Below are positions 1 to 11,934 of a stretch of 56,428 nt of DNA, in pieces; the stretch's first letter is position 1; each line of letters opens with the position of its first letter. The position numbers and the translations under genes were made by a program. The DNA is from Octopus bimaculoides (Eukaryota), in the NCBI RefSeq assembly GCF_001194135.2, contig NC_069001.1:15031020-15087447 (forward strand), in the 5' to 3' direction. Below the pieces are notes generated by a model, which worked only from the letters and a program-made list of their open reading frames with translations, had not been told where the DNA came from and did no database searches.

Positions 1-124
1 ATCGTTGGAAGTTTTACTGTTAGGCAAGTTTCTTAACCCATAACTTATTCCTTCAGTCTATCAAAAACTTTTTAGCAGAACGGAAAGCTCGCTACAAAGT
101 AATACCTTAGCCATTATTTTATTA

Positions 125-159
125 TTGTCTCTGTCTACCTGTCTCTTTCTCTCTCTAAC

Positions 160-218
<59 letters not shown>

Positions 219-451
219 CTATTTATTTATCTCTCACCTTATCCCTGTCCTACCTTACTCTCTCTTTGTCTTTCTCTCACTCGTTTTCTTCTTTTTCTTT
301 CTCTCCCTCTTTCACGATTTCTTCTTTCTCCCTTCCTTCCTCCCTCCTTCCTCTCTCTCTCTCTCTCTCTCTCTAGCTCCATCTTACACCTTTACTTTCT
401 CTTTCTTTTCCTCATTCTCTTTATCCTTCGTTTACCTTTTCTATCTCTCTC

Positions 452-497
<46 letters not shown>

Positions 498-570
498 TTC
501 CATACTCTGTCTCTTTTCTTTTCTCTTTTCTTTCTTTCTATCTCTCTATTTATCTATCTATCTCTAACTC
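125..570. repeat. (CT)n/(CTAT)n microsatellite mosaic
   Basis: Direct reading. Confidence 0.95.
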
Positions 571-1079
571 TTTCTGCATCTATCAGCCGTGTTAACCCTA
601 CACCACCATCAGCATATACGCACACAAATACGCACACACACACATACACACATACACACACTCACACTCACACGCACACATAGCGTCAATTGTCTTTCAC
701 AGTCAACTAACTGTTCATTCATAAATTCTCGCCTACTTGCAAGAACTTACGTGCGCACGCACACACGCACACAAAAGATTCGTGCGTGCGCACACTTAAC
801 TCACTCTTACGCGCACCGCTCCTCCTCACTCACTCTCTCTCTCTCTCACTCACACACGCACATACTCCCCCTCTCACTCTAGCTCACTTTCTTTCTCTTT
901 CTCTTTCTCGTTCTCTCACTCACCCTCATATATAAATGCAGCGAAGGAGAGATAAAAATGCCATGTCTATAGACGAGGCATTGAGGTACGACAAAACAGT
1001 CATTTTACGCAGAGTATGCGCACAGCTGATCGACTTCTCTCTTGGAAAACATTCTCGACAGAGACAGGACTTTACCGTA

Positions 1080-1990
1080 GCCAGTACTATATACTCTACC
1101 ACACAACACTGTACCAAACTACACTAAACTATACCCTGCTATACTATATTTTACTATACTTTACACAATCATACAATACAACACTCTATTTATTATTCAT
1201 ACTACATTACTAAATTTATGCACCACTCCACAGTTCCGTGCAAAAACTTATTCAGTGTACACTACATAATACCCGTGCTCCATTTTACGCGACACTACAG
1301 CTCTAAATCACTCTACATCTGTACTCTATTCCATTACATGCTCCTATACTATATTTTTCTATTTCTGTACTGTTTGACTCTACGCTACTTTACTATATTT
1401 TTCTACATTTGTACTCCATTTCACTCTACGCTACTCTACTATATTTTTCTATGCTTGTACTCTATTTCACTAAACATCACTTTACTACTTCACGCTTGCA
1501 TTGTATTGTACACTACTAAACTCTATTACACTGTACTTTACAAAATAGTTTTTTTTTTACAGCACAATACTATATAGTAATATACTATATTACACAATAC
1601 AAAACACAATTACAATGTACTTTAGTACAACAGTACTTTACAACACTATAGTGTACTCTCTTATACTATAGTATAGCCTGTTAAATTATTTTACAATACA
1701 CTGTTGCACTGCACTATTTATACAAAACTGTTCTATAGTTAACAATACTATCGTGTTGTATACTATACTTTATAATTTTATAGTATCTCACTCTACTTTA
1801 TCGTACTACTACTTCTCTTACTTTCACATTGTACAGCTCAGTTTTATACGATATTAGAATATATCACATATTATAATTCTATACTGTACTTTATTCTGCT
1901 ATATTCTATAGTATACAGCATCATTATTTCATACTATACTATATTTCATTTCATAATTGCACTATACTACTCTGAACTTACTATAGTACT
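1080..1990. repeat. Decayed pentanucleotide (ACTAT/ATACT-type) satellite
   Basis: Recurrent ctata, tacac, tttac and actac 5-mers over ~900 bp. Confidence 0.75.
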
Positions 1991-2374
1991 ATGTCCAGCC
2001 CCATGCAGTCAACAATAGTTTACGCGTTACCACCAAACTTCCGTCCCAGATATACGGGTGACAGATCCGACCCGCTCGTTCAACTTTAGGACATCGCGTA
2101 CCGGACACATAAAGTTTGCACTATCGTTCTATACATCACATCCAGGACGTTCGATCTGTGACGGCCACTCTATATCGATTTTTATAGCACGCATCGATCT
2201 GTCTATTTACGGAATAGTGACTGCTTTCTCTGGCCCCCTTTTGACACTGTGTGTCTGACCTGAGCCCAGGTGGACCAACAGGACAGTTACGGGTAGAATC
2301 TATGTATCTCTGCCCTTGTCCGAATTGAGTATAAATTTTGTTGTGGAGGGACCAATCACATACACTTAGAATAT

Positions 2375-2455
<81 letters not shown>

Positions 2456-3326
2456 CATCTATCTGTCTGTTGCCTGTCTCTCTGACAGTCAGTCAGTCAG
2501 TCAGTCAGTCTCTCTGTCGATCTACATATATACATACAAACATAAATATATACACGCGGAAACATAAATACTATACTTTTATATTCATTCATTCATTCAT
2601 TCATTCATTTATGCATATATAAATATTTACGTGCCTATACGCATATATATANNNNNNNNNNNNNNNNNNNNNNNNNNNNNNNNNNNNNNNNNNNNNNNNN
2701 NNNNNNNNNNNNNNNNNNNNNNNNNNNNNNNNNNNNNNNNNNNNNNNNNNNNNNNNNNNNNNNNNNNNNNNNNNNNNNNNNNNNNNNNNNNNNNNNNNNN
2801 NNNNNNNNNNNNNNNNNNNNNNNNNNNNNNNNNNNNNNNNNNNNNNNNNNNNNNNNNNNNNNNNNNNNNNNNNNNNNNNNNNNNNNNNNNNNNNNNNNNN
2901 NNNNNNNNNNNNNNNNNNNNNNNNNNNNNNNNNNNNNNNNNNNNNNNNNNNNNNNNNNNNNNNNNNNNNNNNNNNNNNNNNNNNNNNNNNNNNNNNNNNN
3001 NNNNNNNNNNNNNNNNNNNNNNNNNNNNNNNNNNNNNNNNNNNNNNNNNNNNNNNNNNNNNNNNNNNNNNNNNNNNNNNNNNNNNNNNNNNNNNNNNNNN
3101 NNNNNNNNNNNNNNNNNNNNNNNNNNNNNNNNNNNNNNNNNNNNNNNNNNNNNNNNNNNNNNNNNNNNNNNNNNNNNNNNNNNNNNNNNNNNNNNNNNNN
3201 NNNNNNNNNNNNNNNNNNNNNNNNNNNNNNNNNNNNNNNNNNNNNNNNNNNNNNNNNNNNNNNNNNNNNNNNNNNNNNNNNNNNNNNNNNNNNNNNNNNN
3301 NNNNNNNNNNNNNNNNNNNNNNNNCT

Positions 3327-3510
3327 GTACCAGTAATTCAAAAGTACCAGCCTTGTCACATTCTGTGTTACACTGAATCTCCCTCGGAACTACGTCAAGG
3401 GTACGCGTATCTGTGGAGTACTCAGCCAACTCGAACGTTAACCTCACGTGCAGCCTGTACTGTTTATTCAGATCAGATGGAACCCTCATTGTCGTAACCG
3501 ACGGAGTACC
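3327..3510 (+). mobile_element. Probable SINE 3' tail (head lost in preceding gap)
   Basis: ccagccttgtcacattctgtg...ggaaccctcattgtcgtaaccgacggagtacca ending in a (TTG)n tail. Resembles a tail I recall from octopus SINEs; no second copy in the window. Confidence 0.45.
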
Positions 3511-3569
3511 ACTTATTGTTGTTATTGTTAATGTTGTAGTGATGGAGATAGTGATGGTAGTTTTGGTGA

Positions 3570-3604
<35 letters not shown>

Positions 3605-3658
3605 GTGGTGGTGGTGGTGTTACTGCTGCTGTTGTGTTGCTGTTATAGTTGTTGCTGT

Positions 3659-3696
<38 letters not shown>

Positions 3697-3865
3697 CTTT
3701 TCAGCCTGTTGTTGTTGTTGTTGTTGTTATTGTTTGTGATGTTGTTCTTTTTAGGATGAGTTCTTTTCGCTATCTTCCTTGACGTTGTTGTCATTGTTGT
3801 TTGCGTTGTTCGTGTTGAAGTTACTTTCTTTTTGTTGATGTTTATGGTGGTGGTGGTGGTGAGGG
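3505..3865. repeat. Trinucleotide mosaic (GTT/GAT/GGT/GGC)n
   Basis: Direct reading. Confidence 0.9.
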
Positions 3866-3919
3866 TAGTGTGTTATTCTGTATGTATACATACATATGTA
3901 TACATACATATGCATGTAT

Positions 3920-3990
3920 GTATTATCATTTTTCACTTGTTTCAAAAGTTTGACAGCGGCCATGCAGTGGCACCGCCTTCAAATGTTTTG
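3920..3990 (-). mobile_element. SINE family A, decayed 3' end
   Basis: ttttcacttgtttca...gcggccatgcagtggcaccgccttc. Confidence 0.6.
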
Positions 3991-4320
3991 AGACGTAAAC
4001 AAACCGGTACCGATCGTCAAACGGTAAAGCGGAGAAACACGAAAACAAAAAGCGCGTTCGCGCGTGCACTCACACATACACGCACGCACGCACAACGCAT
4101 GCACACGCATATTTGCATATGTAGGTATGTATGTATGCATAGATAGAAAGATAGATAGATAGAGAGAAAGAGAGAGAGAGAGAGATACGTAGACACATGT
4201 GCGTGAGTGAATTGATATTTGTGTGTTTGTGTGTGTGTGTATGTGCATGTGAGTGTGCATATGTATGGTGCTGTATGCAAACATTTACATATAGCGTTGT
4301 TTGCATTCGTGTATATATAT

Positions 4321-4371
<51 letters not shown>

Positions 4372-4404
4372 CACATACAAATATATAAGAAATATAAGTA
4401 TATA

Positions 4405-4617
4405 TTTGTGTGTGTATGTGTTTGTTCCCCCACCATCGTTTGACAACCGATGTCGGTGCGTTTACGTCCCTGTTACATGGCGGTTCGGCAAATGTGACCG
4501 ATAAAATATGCACTAGGCTTACAAAGAATAAGTCCTGGGTTTGATTCGGTCGACTAAAGGCGGTGCTCCAGCATGGCTGCAGTCAAATGAGTGAAACAAG
4601 TAAATGAATAAAAGAAC
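4405..4617 (+). mobile_element. SINE family A, 3' half
   Basis: ccatcgtttgacaaccgat...ggcggtgctccagcatggctgcagtcaaatg...aaacaagtaa, matching many other copies in the window. Confidence 0.85.
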
Positions 4618-4669
4618 ATATATATATATATATACATACATATATACACACACACATACACATACACAC

Positions 4670-4710
<41 letters not shown>

Positions 4711-5405
4711 TCTAATTCTTTACCAATTATATCTCTGTATTCATCACTACATCTCTCTTATCATTCTCTTTCCATTTCTTATCAATTTCTTGTTTCTTCG
4801 CACATTATTACTCCCCCACCTAACCCCCCAACTCCACATTCCACCTCCACCCCGCACTACACACACCTTCCTCGTTGTGATTTTACCATTCATCCAATTC
4901 GTCATTCGTTTCTTCCGTCATTCTCCTATTCTGTTATTCCTTACCGTTGTTTATGTTTTTTTCAACTAATTTTTATTTTTATTTTGCTAAAGGGATAAGG
5001 CATAAAATTTGGGGGGAAGGACCGCAGAACTCGGCTGTTTATTGTTATTGTTGTTCTTCTTTTTCTTTCTTTTTCTTTTCCTTCTTTCTATTCTTTCTTC
5101 TTCTTCTTCTTCTTCTTCTTCTTCTTCTTCTTCTTCTTCTTCTTCTTCTTCTTCTTCTTCTTCAAGAAGTACGAAGTATAGAGTATCACATGCCATGATA
5201 CTCCTGATGAGTAGGGAGACTCCGATTATGTAGGATTCATTGGTTGCCCTTGGGTAGCATTCCTCCACCTACCGGGGATATTATTTGTTAAAACGTTTTA
5301 ACAAATTGTTATTGTATTGTTTACATATATCTATGCAAATCCCTACTGTCCTTTCCCTTTTTACTGTCCTATTTACCGCGACCCTTCTGGCCAATAAAGA
5401 AATTA

Positions 5406-5457
<52 letters not shown>

Positions 5458-5461
5458 TACT

Positions 5462-5600
5462 AATCCGGCGGCGTCGGCTTCGCCATTAATCCTTTCGGAA
5501 TCGATTAAATAAGTACCAGTCATGCACCGAGGCCCATGAAATCGACTTATCCACCCCCTCACCAATTTCAGACCCCTGTACCTTTAGTAAAAAGGGTTAT
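5462..5600 (+). mobile_element. SINE family B, decayed
   Basis: aatcctttcggaatcgattaaataagtaccag...gaaatcgactta. Confidence 0.6.
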
Positions 5601-5719
5601 TATTATACTTACACGAAAATCCCTCACAACACACTCACACGCATACGCACTCACATCCTTTATTTTGTCCTGAGCTCACCGCAATGTTTTTCTTAATGTA
5701 AACCCTTCTGGTTAATAAA

Positions 5720-5726
5720 GAAATCA

Positions 5727-5815
<89 letters not shown>

Positions 5816-5823
5816 ATTATTAC

Positions 5824-5871
<48 letters not shown>

Positions 5872-5974
5872 CATTAATTCATTATTATTATTATTATTGT
5901 TATCATTCATTATTATTATTACTATTATTATTATCACTATCATTATTATTATTGTTATTATTATTATTATTATT
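5720..5974. repeat. (ATT)n microsatellite
   Basis: Direct reading; runs into a gap. Confidence 0.95.
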
Positions 5975-6640
5975 NNNNNNNNNNNNNNNNNNNNNNNNNN
6001 NNNNNNNNNNNNNNNNNNNNNNNNNNNNNNNNNNNNNNNNNNNNNNNNNNNNNNNNNNNNNNNNNNNNNNNNNNNNNNNNNNNNNNNNNNNNNNNNNNNN
6101 NNNNNNNNNNNNNNNNNNNNNNNNNNNNNNNNNNNNNNNNNNNNNNNNNNNNNNNNNNNNNNNNNNNNNNNNNNNNNNNNNNNNNNNNNNNNNNNNNNNN
6201 NNNNNNNNNNNNNNNNNNNNNNNNNNNNNNNNNNNNNNNNNNNNNNNNNNNNNNNNNNNNNNNNNNNNNNNNNNNNNNNNNNNNNNNNNNNNNNNNNNNN
6301 NNNNNNNNNNNNNNNNNNNNNNNNNNNNNNNNNNNNNNNNNNNNNNNNNNNNNNNNNNNNNNNNNNNNNNNNNNNNNNNNNNNNNNNNNNNNNNNNNNNN
6401 NNNNNNNNNNNNNNNNNNNNNNNNNNNNNNNNNNNNNNNNNNNNNNNNNNNNNNNNNNNNNNNNNNNNNNNNNNNNNNNNNNNNNNNNNNNNNNNNNNNN
6501 NNNNNNNNNNNNNNNNNNNNNNNNNNNNNNNNNNNNNNNNNNNNNNNNNNNNNNNNNNNNNNNNNNNNNNNNNNNNNNNNNNNNNNNNNNNNNNNNNNNN
6601 NNNNNNNNNNNNNNNNNNNNNNNNNNNNNNNNNNNNNNNN

Positions 6641-6692
<52 letters not shown>

Positions 6693-7316
6693 CATACATA
6701 CATACATACATAGATAAATTCACACACAATACGTATATATATATATGTATATATACAGAAACACTCACGCACCTATACACATATAGATTAGTCCTCTGTA
6801 ACGTAATGCAAAAAAGGGTTTCCTCGATGATCCGTTGTAGTTAAGCGTCCTGATGTACTTGGAACATCTAATGCAGATTCCCAAATAACCACAGTGGTGC
6901 AACATACGCACGAACAATCGATAATAAAGCAATCTAAGGTTGTGTTTATCGTAATTTGTTCTACATATTTGTTTTGTGTATCATAACTAGTAATACTACT
7001 AAGTATAGTAGTTACTTAACCGCTATACAAGAAGCAGACTGGAACATGAACATGTACGAGAAAGTTTAAACTTCAGAATAGCAATCGTAAATACAAGATA
7101 TATATATATGTATGTAATTATGATGCAGAAATGGCGTACTCCGAATGACTAAGGTGATGTAATACGATGGTAGAAAGAATTCCGCGAATTAGGTATTTCA
7201 AAGCCTTTAGGAAGGACGGGGTCCGTGTGGGCATGCGATAAATAGTTAATCAAATAACGGAAGTTAAAGGACAACCAGAAAAAAACGAAAAAAACGCGAG
7301 CACGTGGTACAGGCGA

Positions 7317-7560
7317 AGTATTAATAAGATACTCAGAGAAAGAAAGAAAGTGTGTTTTACGTTTCGAGCAAAGCTCTTTTTCAGAACAGGAGAGAGAGGA
7401 AAGTCCAGAAGAAAAAGAAGACGGAGGATAAAAATCTTGTGTCACCAGTTTCTGAAGAAGAGCTTTGCTCGAAACGTAAAACATCCTTTCTTTCCTTCTC
7501 TGAGCGTCTTATTAATACTTTGCATGTACCATGTCCTCGCGTTGCTGTTTTTTCTTATTG
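7317..7560. mobile_element. Hammerhead-bearing dispersed repeat in inverted (hairpin) arrangement; likely PLE pseudo-LTR remnant or MITE-like derivative
   Basis: 7317-7387 is the reverse complement of 7449-7519 with few mismatches. The right copy continues to ~7560 and is homologous to 10851-10960 and (minus strand) 40531-40610. Confidence 0.7.
7448..7482 (+). ncRNA. Minimal type-I hammerhead ribozyme motif (Penelope-like element type)
   Basis: GTTT-CTGAAGA-A-GAGC(TTT)GCTC-GAAA-C-GTA-AAAC: 4-bp stem I, CUGANGA core, stem II, GAAA, palindromic ACGT stem III, and GUA cleavage triplet (cleavage after 7478). One extra A lies between A9 and G10.1. Confidence 0.65.
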
Positions 7561-7709
7561 TCCTTTGTTCGCCGTTTTTAAAATTAATTTTATACATACA
7601 TATATATATACATATATATATACACATATATATATATATATAAAAAGTGAAAACAAGCAATGTTAATTCTCTAAATGAGGTATTAACAGTAACTGCACGA
7701 TAAAGTGAA

Positions 7710-7741
<32 letters not shown>

Positions 7742-7970
7742 NNNNNNNNNNNNNNNNNNNNNNNNNNNNNNNNNNNNNNNNNNNNNNNNNNNNNNNNNNN
7801 NNNNNNNNNNNNNNNNNNNNNNNNNNNNNNNNNNNNNNNNNNNNNNNNNNNNNNNNNNNNNNNNNNNNNNNNNNNNNNNNNNNNNNNNNNNNNNNNNNNN
7901 NNNNNNNNNNNNNNNNNNNNNNNNNNNNNNNNNNNNNNNNNNNNNNNNNNNNNNNNNNNNNNNNNNNNNN

Positions 7971-8021
<51 letters not shown>

Positions 8022-8121
8022 ATATATGTATATATATATATATATATATACATATATATATGCATATATGTATGCATATATATTTTCAACTAGCAATAAC
8101 CACGCCTTGTTTATATATATA

Positions 8122-8155
8122 TACAGGGTTGGCCAAAAGTTACCTGACAGTAACT
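8122..8155 (+). mobile_element. Possible single Tc1/mariner-type terminal inverted repeat
   Basis: TA|CAGGGTTGGCCAAAAGT resembles Tc1/mariner ends. No partner TIR or transposase was found. Confidence 0.25.
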
Positions 8156-8559
8156 CAAAACCATAGACAATTTGAAATGCTTGCACTTTGGTTTTGGTGC
8201 CGTCAAAAGTCTGCAGCTTCTGGTGTCTCCTTTAAAGATTGTAGAAAAGTTCTCCTATTGATGTCAGGAAATGTTGATTTATGAAATAAATGGCTTGAAA
8301 CTGTTGGTACCAATATTCCACTGATCAATAATGTCAAAGTTCAACTAGAACTAGGCCAAGAAAAACGAGGCCAAGAAGAACTGCTAGATCTGCTAGAACT
8401 AGCAGCTCAATTACCGTGAAAATCAAGACGTTATGTTGCCTTACATACGACAGGGATGTATCAGATAATGTAATTCTAGAGTAGGACACACCCATGGAAA
8501 GACTGAATGGGTTATATCTATAACAGTTCGGTCTATTGAGATGTTTCCTCTAGGTTGAC

Positions 8560-8632
8560 CTGGGATGGCCACGGAAGGAATTTTTTGCATCATGAAGTAA
8601 GTTCGATCGCCGATGTTGACCTGGGGCTAAAT
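8560..8632 (-). repeat. Short dispersed repeat family D (also 27303-27365 + and 34770-34806 -)
   Basis: Shared tttag/acc..aggtca...gatc...gtg/accatccc pattern after a (GTT)n start. Confidence 0.45.
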
Positions 8633-8755
8633 CAGTCAAACAAGAAAGTAAAGAATATACCATTGTCACAACAACCAACCATGTTCTTCTCTTCGGTAAC
8701 ATCATCATCATTGTTACCATCGTCATAATCGTCGTCGTCGTCCTCCTCCTCCTCC

Positions 8756-8788
<33 letters not shown>

Positions 8789-9976
8789 CCACCACAAGCA
8801 CAACCACTATAATCACTATCATTATCACCGTTATAATTACCATCACAACCACTACCACCACCAGCACCGTCATCATTATCGTCATCACATATTAATATCA
8901 CCAATGACAATGAAAATAGCAATAACAATAATGAAATAGAAGAGGAAAAAAAAAGAACGAAAGAAAGAAAGAAGGAAAGAAAGAAATGAAATAAAGAGAA
9001 AAAAAGAGAAAACAACAAGAAAAAAGCAGAAAGGCAGTTTAACGCGTGCCGGCCATTATCGAAACCCCGTCAACAGTGATCGCCATATTGTGCCTGTCTG
9101 GTGACCATCCAAACTTAACGTCCCCCCTCCACTCCCGCTTTCACACTCCAGTACACTGTCTCCACCTCCTCCTCCTCCTCCTCCCCCTTTTCTGCTCCCC
9201 CATCTCTCTCTATCTATCTCTATCTTTTCGCGGTCTTTCGATATTAGGAAGATGTTTTACAANNNNNNNNNNNNNNNNNNNNNNNNNNNNNNNNNNNNNN
9301 NNNNNNNNNNNNNNNNNNNNNNNNNNNNNNNNNNNNNNNNNNNNNNNNNNNNNNNNNNNNNNNNNNNNNNNNNNNNNNNNNNNNNNNNNNNNNNNNNNNN
9401 NNNNNNNNNNNNNNNNNNNNNNNNNNNNNNNNNNNNNNNNNNNNNNNNNNNNNNNNNNNNNNNNNNNNNNNNNNNNNNNNNNNNNNNNNNNNNNNNNNNN
9501 NNNNNNNNNNNNNNNNNNNNNNNNNNNNNNNNNNNNNNNNNNNNNNNNNNNNNNNNNNNNNNNNNNNNNNNNNNNNNNNNNNNNNNNNNNNNNNNNNNNN
9601 NNNNNNNNNNNNNNNNNNNNNNNNNNNNNNNNNNNNNNNNNNNNNNNNNNNNNNNNNNNNNNNNNNNNNNNNNNNNNNNNNNNNNNNNNNNNNNNNNNNN
9701 NNNNNNNNNNNNNNNNNNNNNNNNNNNNNNNNNNNNNNNNNNNNNNNNNNNNNNNNNNNNNNNNNNNNNNNNNNNNNNNNNNNNNNNNNNNNNNNNNNNN
9801 NNNNNNNNNNNNNNNNNNNNNNNNNNNNNNNNNNNNNNNNNNNNNNNNNNNNNNNNNNNNNNNNNNNNNNNNNNNNNNNNNNNNNNNNNNNNNNNNNNNN
9901 NNNNNNNNNNNNNNNNNNNNNNNNNNNNNNNNNNNNNNNNNNNNNNNNNNNNNNNNNNNNNNNNNNNNNNNNNNNA

Positions 9977-10253
9977 ACCTCGGCGGAATTTGAACTCAGA
10001 ACGTAACGGCAGACGAAATACCTATTTCTGTATTGCCCACAAGGGGCTAAACATAGAGGGGACAAACAAGGACAGACAAAGGGGTCAAGTCGATTACATC
10101 GGCCCCAGTGCGTAACTGGTACTTAATTAATCGATCCCGAAAGGATGAAAGGCAAAGTCGAACTCGGCGGAGTTTGAACTCAGAACGTAACGGCAGACGA
10201 AATACCGCTAAGCATTTCGCCCGGCGTGCTAACGTTTCTGCCAGCTCGTCGCC
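9977..10253 (-). mobile_element. SINE family B, full copy plus tandem partial second unit
   Basis: Reverse complement: ggcgacgagctggcagaaacgttagc (A box)...gagttcaaactcc (B box)...gcctttcatcctttcggg...aagtaccag...tail, then the element restarts at gtatttcgtctgcc. Confidence 0.9.
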
Positions 10254-10312
10254 TCATCAAACTATTTTATCAAACTATTCTTCTAACCTATGTAAATGTG
10301 TAATATATATAT

Positions 10313-10677
10313 TCTTTTACTCGTTTACTTGCTTCAGTCATGTGACTACGGCCATGATGGAGCACCGCCTTTAGTCGAACAAATCGGCTCCAGGAATTAT
10401 TCTTAAGCCTAGTACTCATTCTGTCGGTCTCTTTTGCCGAACCGCTAGGTTACAGAGACGTAAACACACCAACATCGGTTGTCAAGCGATGATGGACGAC
10501 AAACACACACACACGCACACACACACATATATATGAATATACGGCGGGCTTCTTTCAGTTTTCGTCTACCAAATCCACTCACAAAAGTTTTGGTTGGCTC
10601 GTGATACTTGCCTATGATGCCACGTTGTGGGACTGGTTGGGACGCAAGCTTCTTATCGCACAGCCACTCCTGCGCCT
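10313..10677 (-). mobile_element. SINE family A, near full length (tRNA-derived head, CORE-like ccttgggcaag motif, internal CA/TA microsatellite)
   Basis: Reverse complement begins ggcgcaggagtggctgtgcgataagaagcttgc (tRNA-like A box). An internal (AC)n(AT)n tract and the shared 3' tail follow. Confidence 0.9.
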
Positions 10678-10850
10678 ATATAAGAGAAACAGATGACACA
10701 GCAAAAACAATGGTTATGTTGTGAACTTCATTAGTTTATAGCTCTTTCTGCTCTAAGATCAGTGCACTCTTAGTTATATACCTGAATAACATCCTGTAGC
10801 TTCAGATTTAATCCTGAAATATATCTTCCCTTCTCTTGGACTTTCCTCTA

Positions 10851-10960
10851 TTTCCGAAGAAGAGCGTCTGCTCGAAACGTTAAACCATCTTTCTTTCCTT
10901 TCCTCAGAGACTGCTAATACATTACATGTACCACATCCTTGCGTTGTTGTTTTGTTTTTG
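10851..10960 (+). mobile_element. Second copy of the hammerhead-bearing repeat
   Basis: TTT-CCGAAGA-A-GAGC(GTCT)GCTC-GAAA-C-GTT-AAAC followed by ctttctttcc...ctaatac...catgtacc...cgttg, collinear with 7452-7555. Confidence 0.7.
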
Positions 10961-11034
10961 TTTGTTCTTGTTTGGATTTACTATATATACATATATATAT
11001 TTACGCACAGACACACACACACACACACACACAC

Positions 11035-11081
<47 letters not shown>

Positions 11082-11903
11082 TAGTTCGATACTGGCTTAC
11101 CACCATCAATGCAACTCATAACTACGTATCATCATCATCATCATCATCATCATCACCATCGTTCTCGTCACCGTTGCCGTTGTCATTATCCTTATAATTA
11201 ATATCATCATCATCATCATACTCATCATCATCATCATCATCATCATNNNNNNNNNNNNNNNNNNNNNNNNNNNNNNNNNNNNNNNNNNNNNNNNNNNNNN
11301 NNNNNNNNNNNNNNNNNNNNNNNNNNNNNNNNNNNNNNNNNNNNNNNNNNNNNNNNNNNNNNNNNNNNNNNNNNNNNNNNNNNNNNNNNNNNNNNNNNNN
11401 NNNNNNNNNNNNNNNNNNNNNNNNNNNNNNNNNNNNNNNNNNNNNNNNNNNNNNNNNNNNNNNNNNNNNNNNNNNNNNNNNNNNNNNNNNNNNNNNNNNN
11501 NNNNNNNNNNNNNNNNNNNNNNNNNNNNNNNNNNNNNNNNNNNNNNNNNNNNNNNNNNNNNNNNNNNNNNNNNNNNNNNNNNNNNNNNNNNNNNNNNNNN
11601 NNNNNNNNNNNNNNNNNNNNNNNNNNNNNNNNNNNNNNNNNNNNNNNNNNNNNNNNNNNNNNNNNNNNNNNNNNNNNNNNNNNNNNNNNNNNNNNNNNNN
11701 NNNNNNNNNNNNNNNNNNNNNNNNNNNNNNNNNNNNNNNNNNNNNNNNNNNNNNNNNNNNNNNNNNNNNNNNNNNNNNNNNNNNNNNNNNNNNNNNNNNN
11801 NNNNNNNNNNNNNNNNNNNNNNNNNNNNNNNNNNNNNNNNNNNNNNNNNNNNNNNNNNNNNNNNNNNNNNNNNNNNNNNNNNNNNNNNNNNNNNNNNNNN
11901 NNN

Positions 11904-11934
<31 letters not shown>

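Noticed and set aside
958-972. ATG CCA TGT CTA (MPCL), resembling the vertebrate NR4A start MPCV/IQ
   Set aside because: Immediately followed by TAG. The neighbouring ORF 936-1127 spliced at 985 to 16836 also stops after a few codons. Treated as coincidence.
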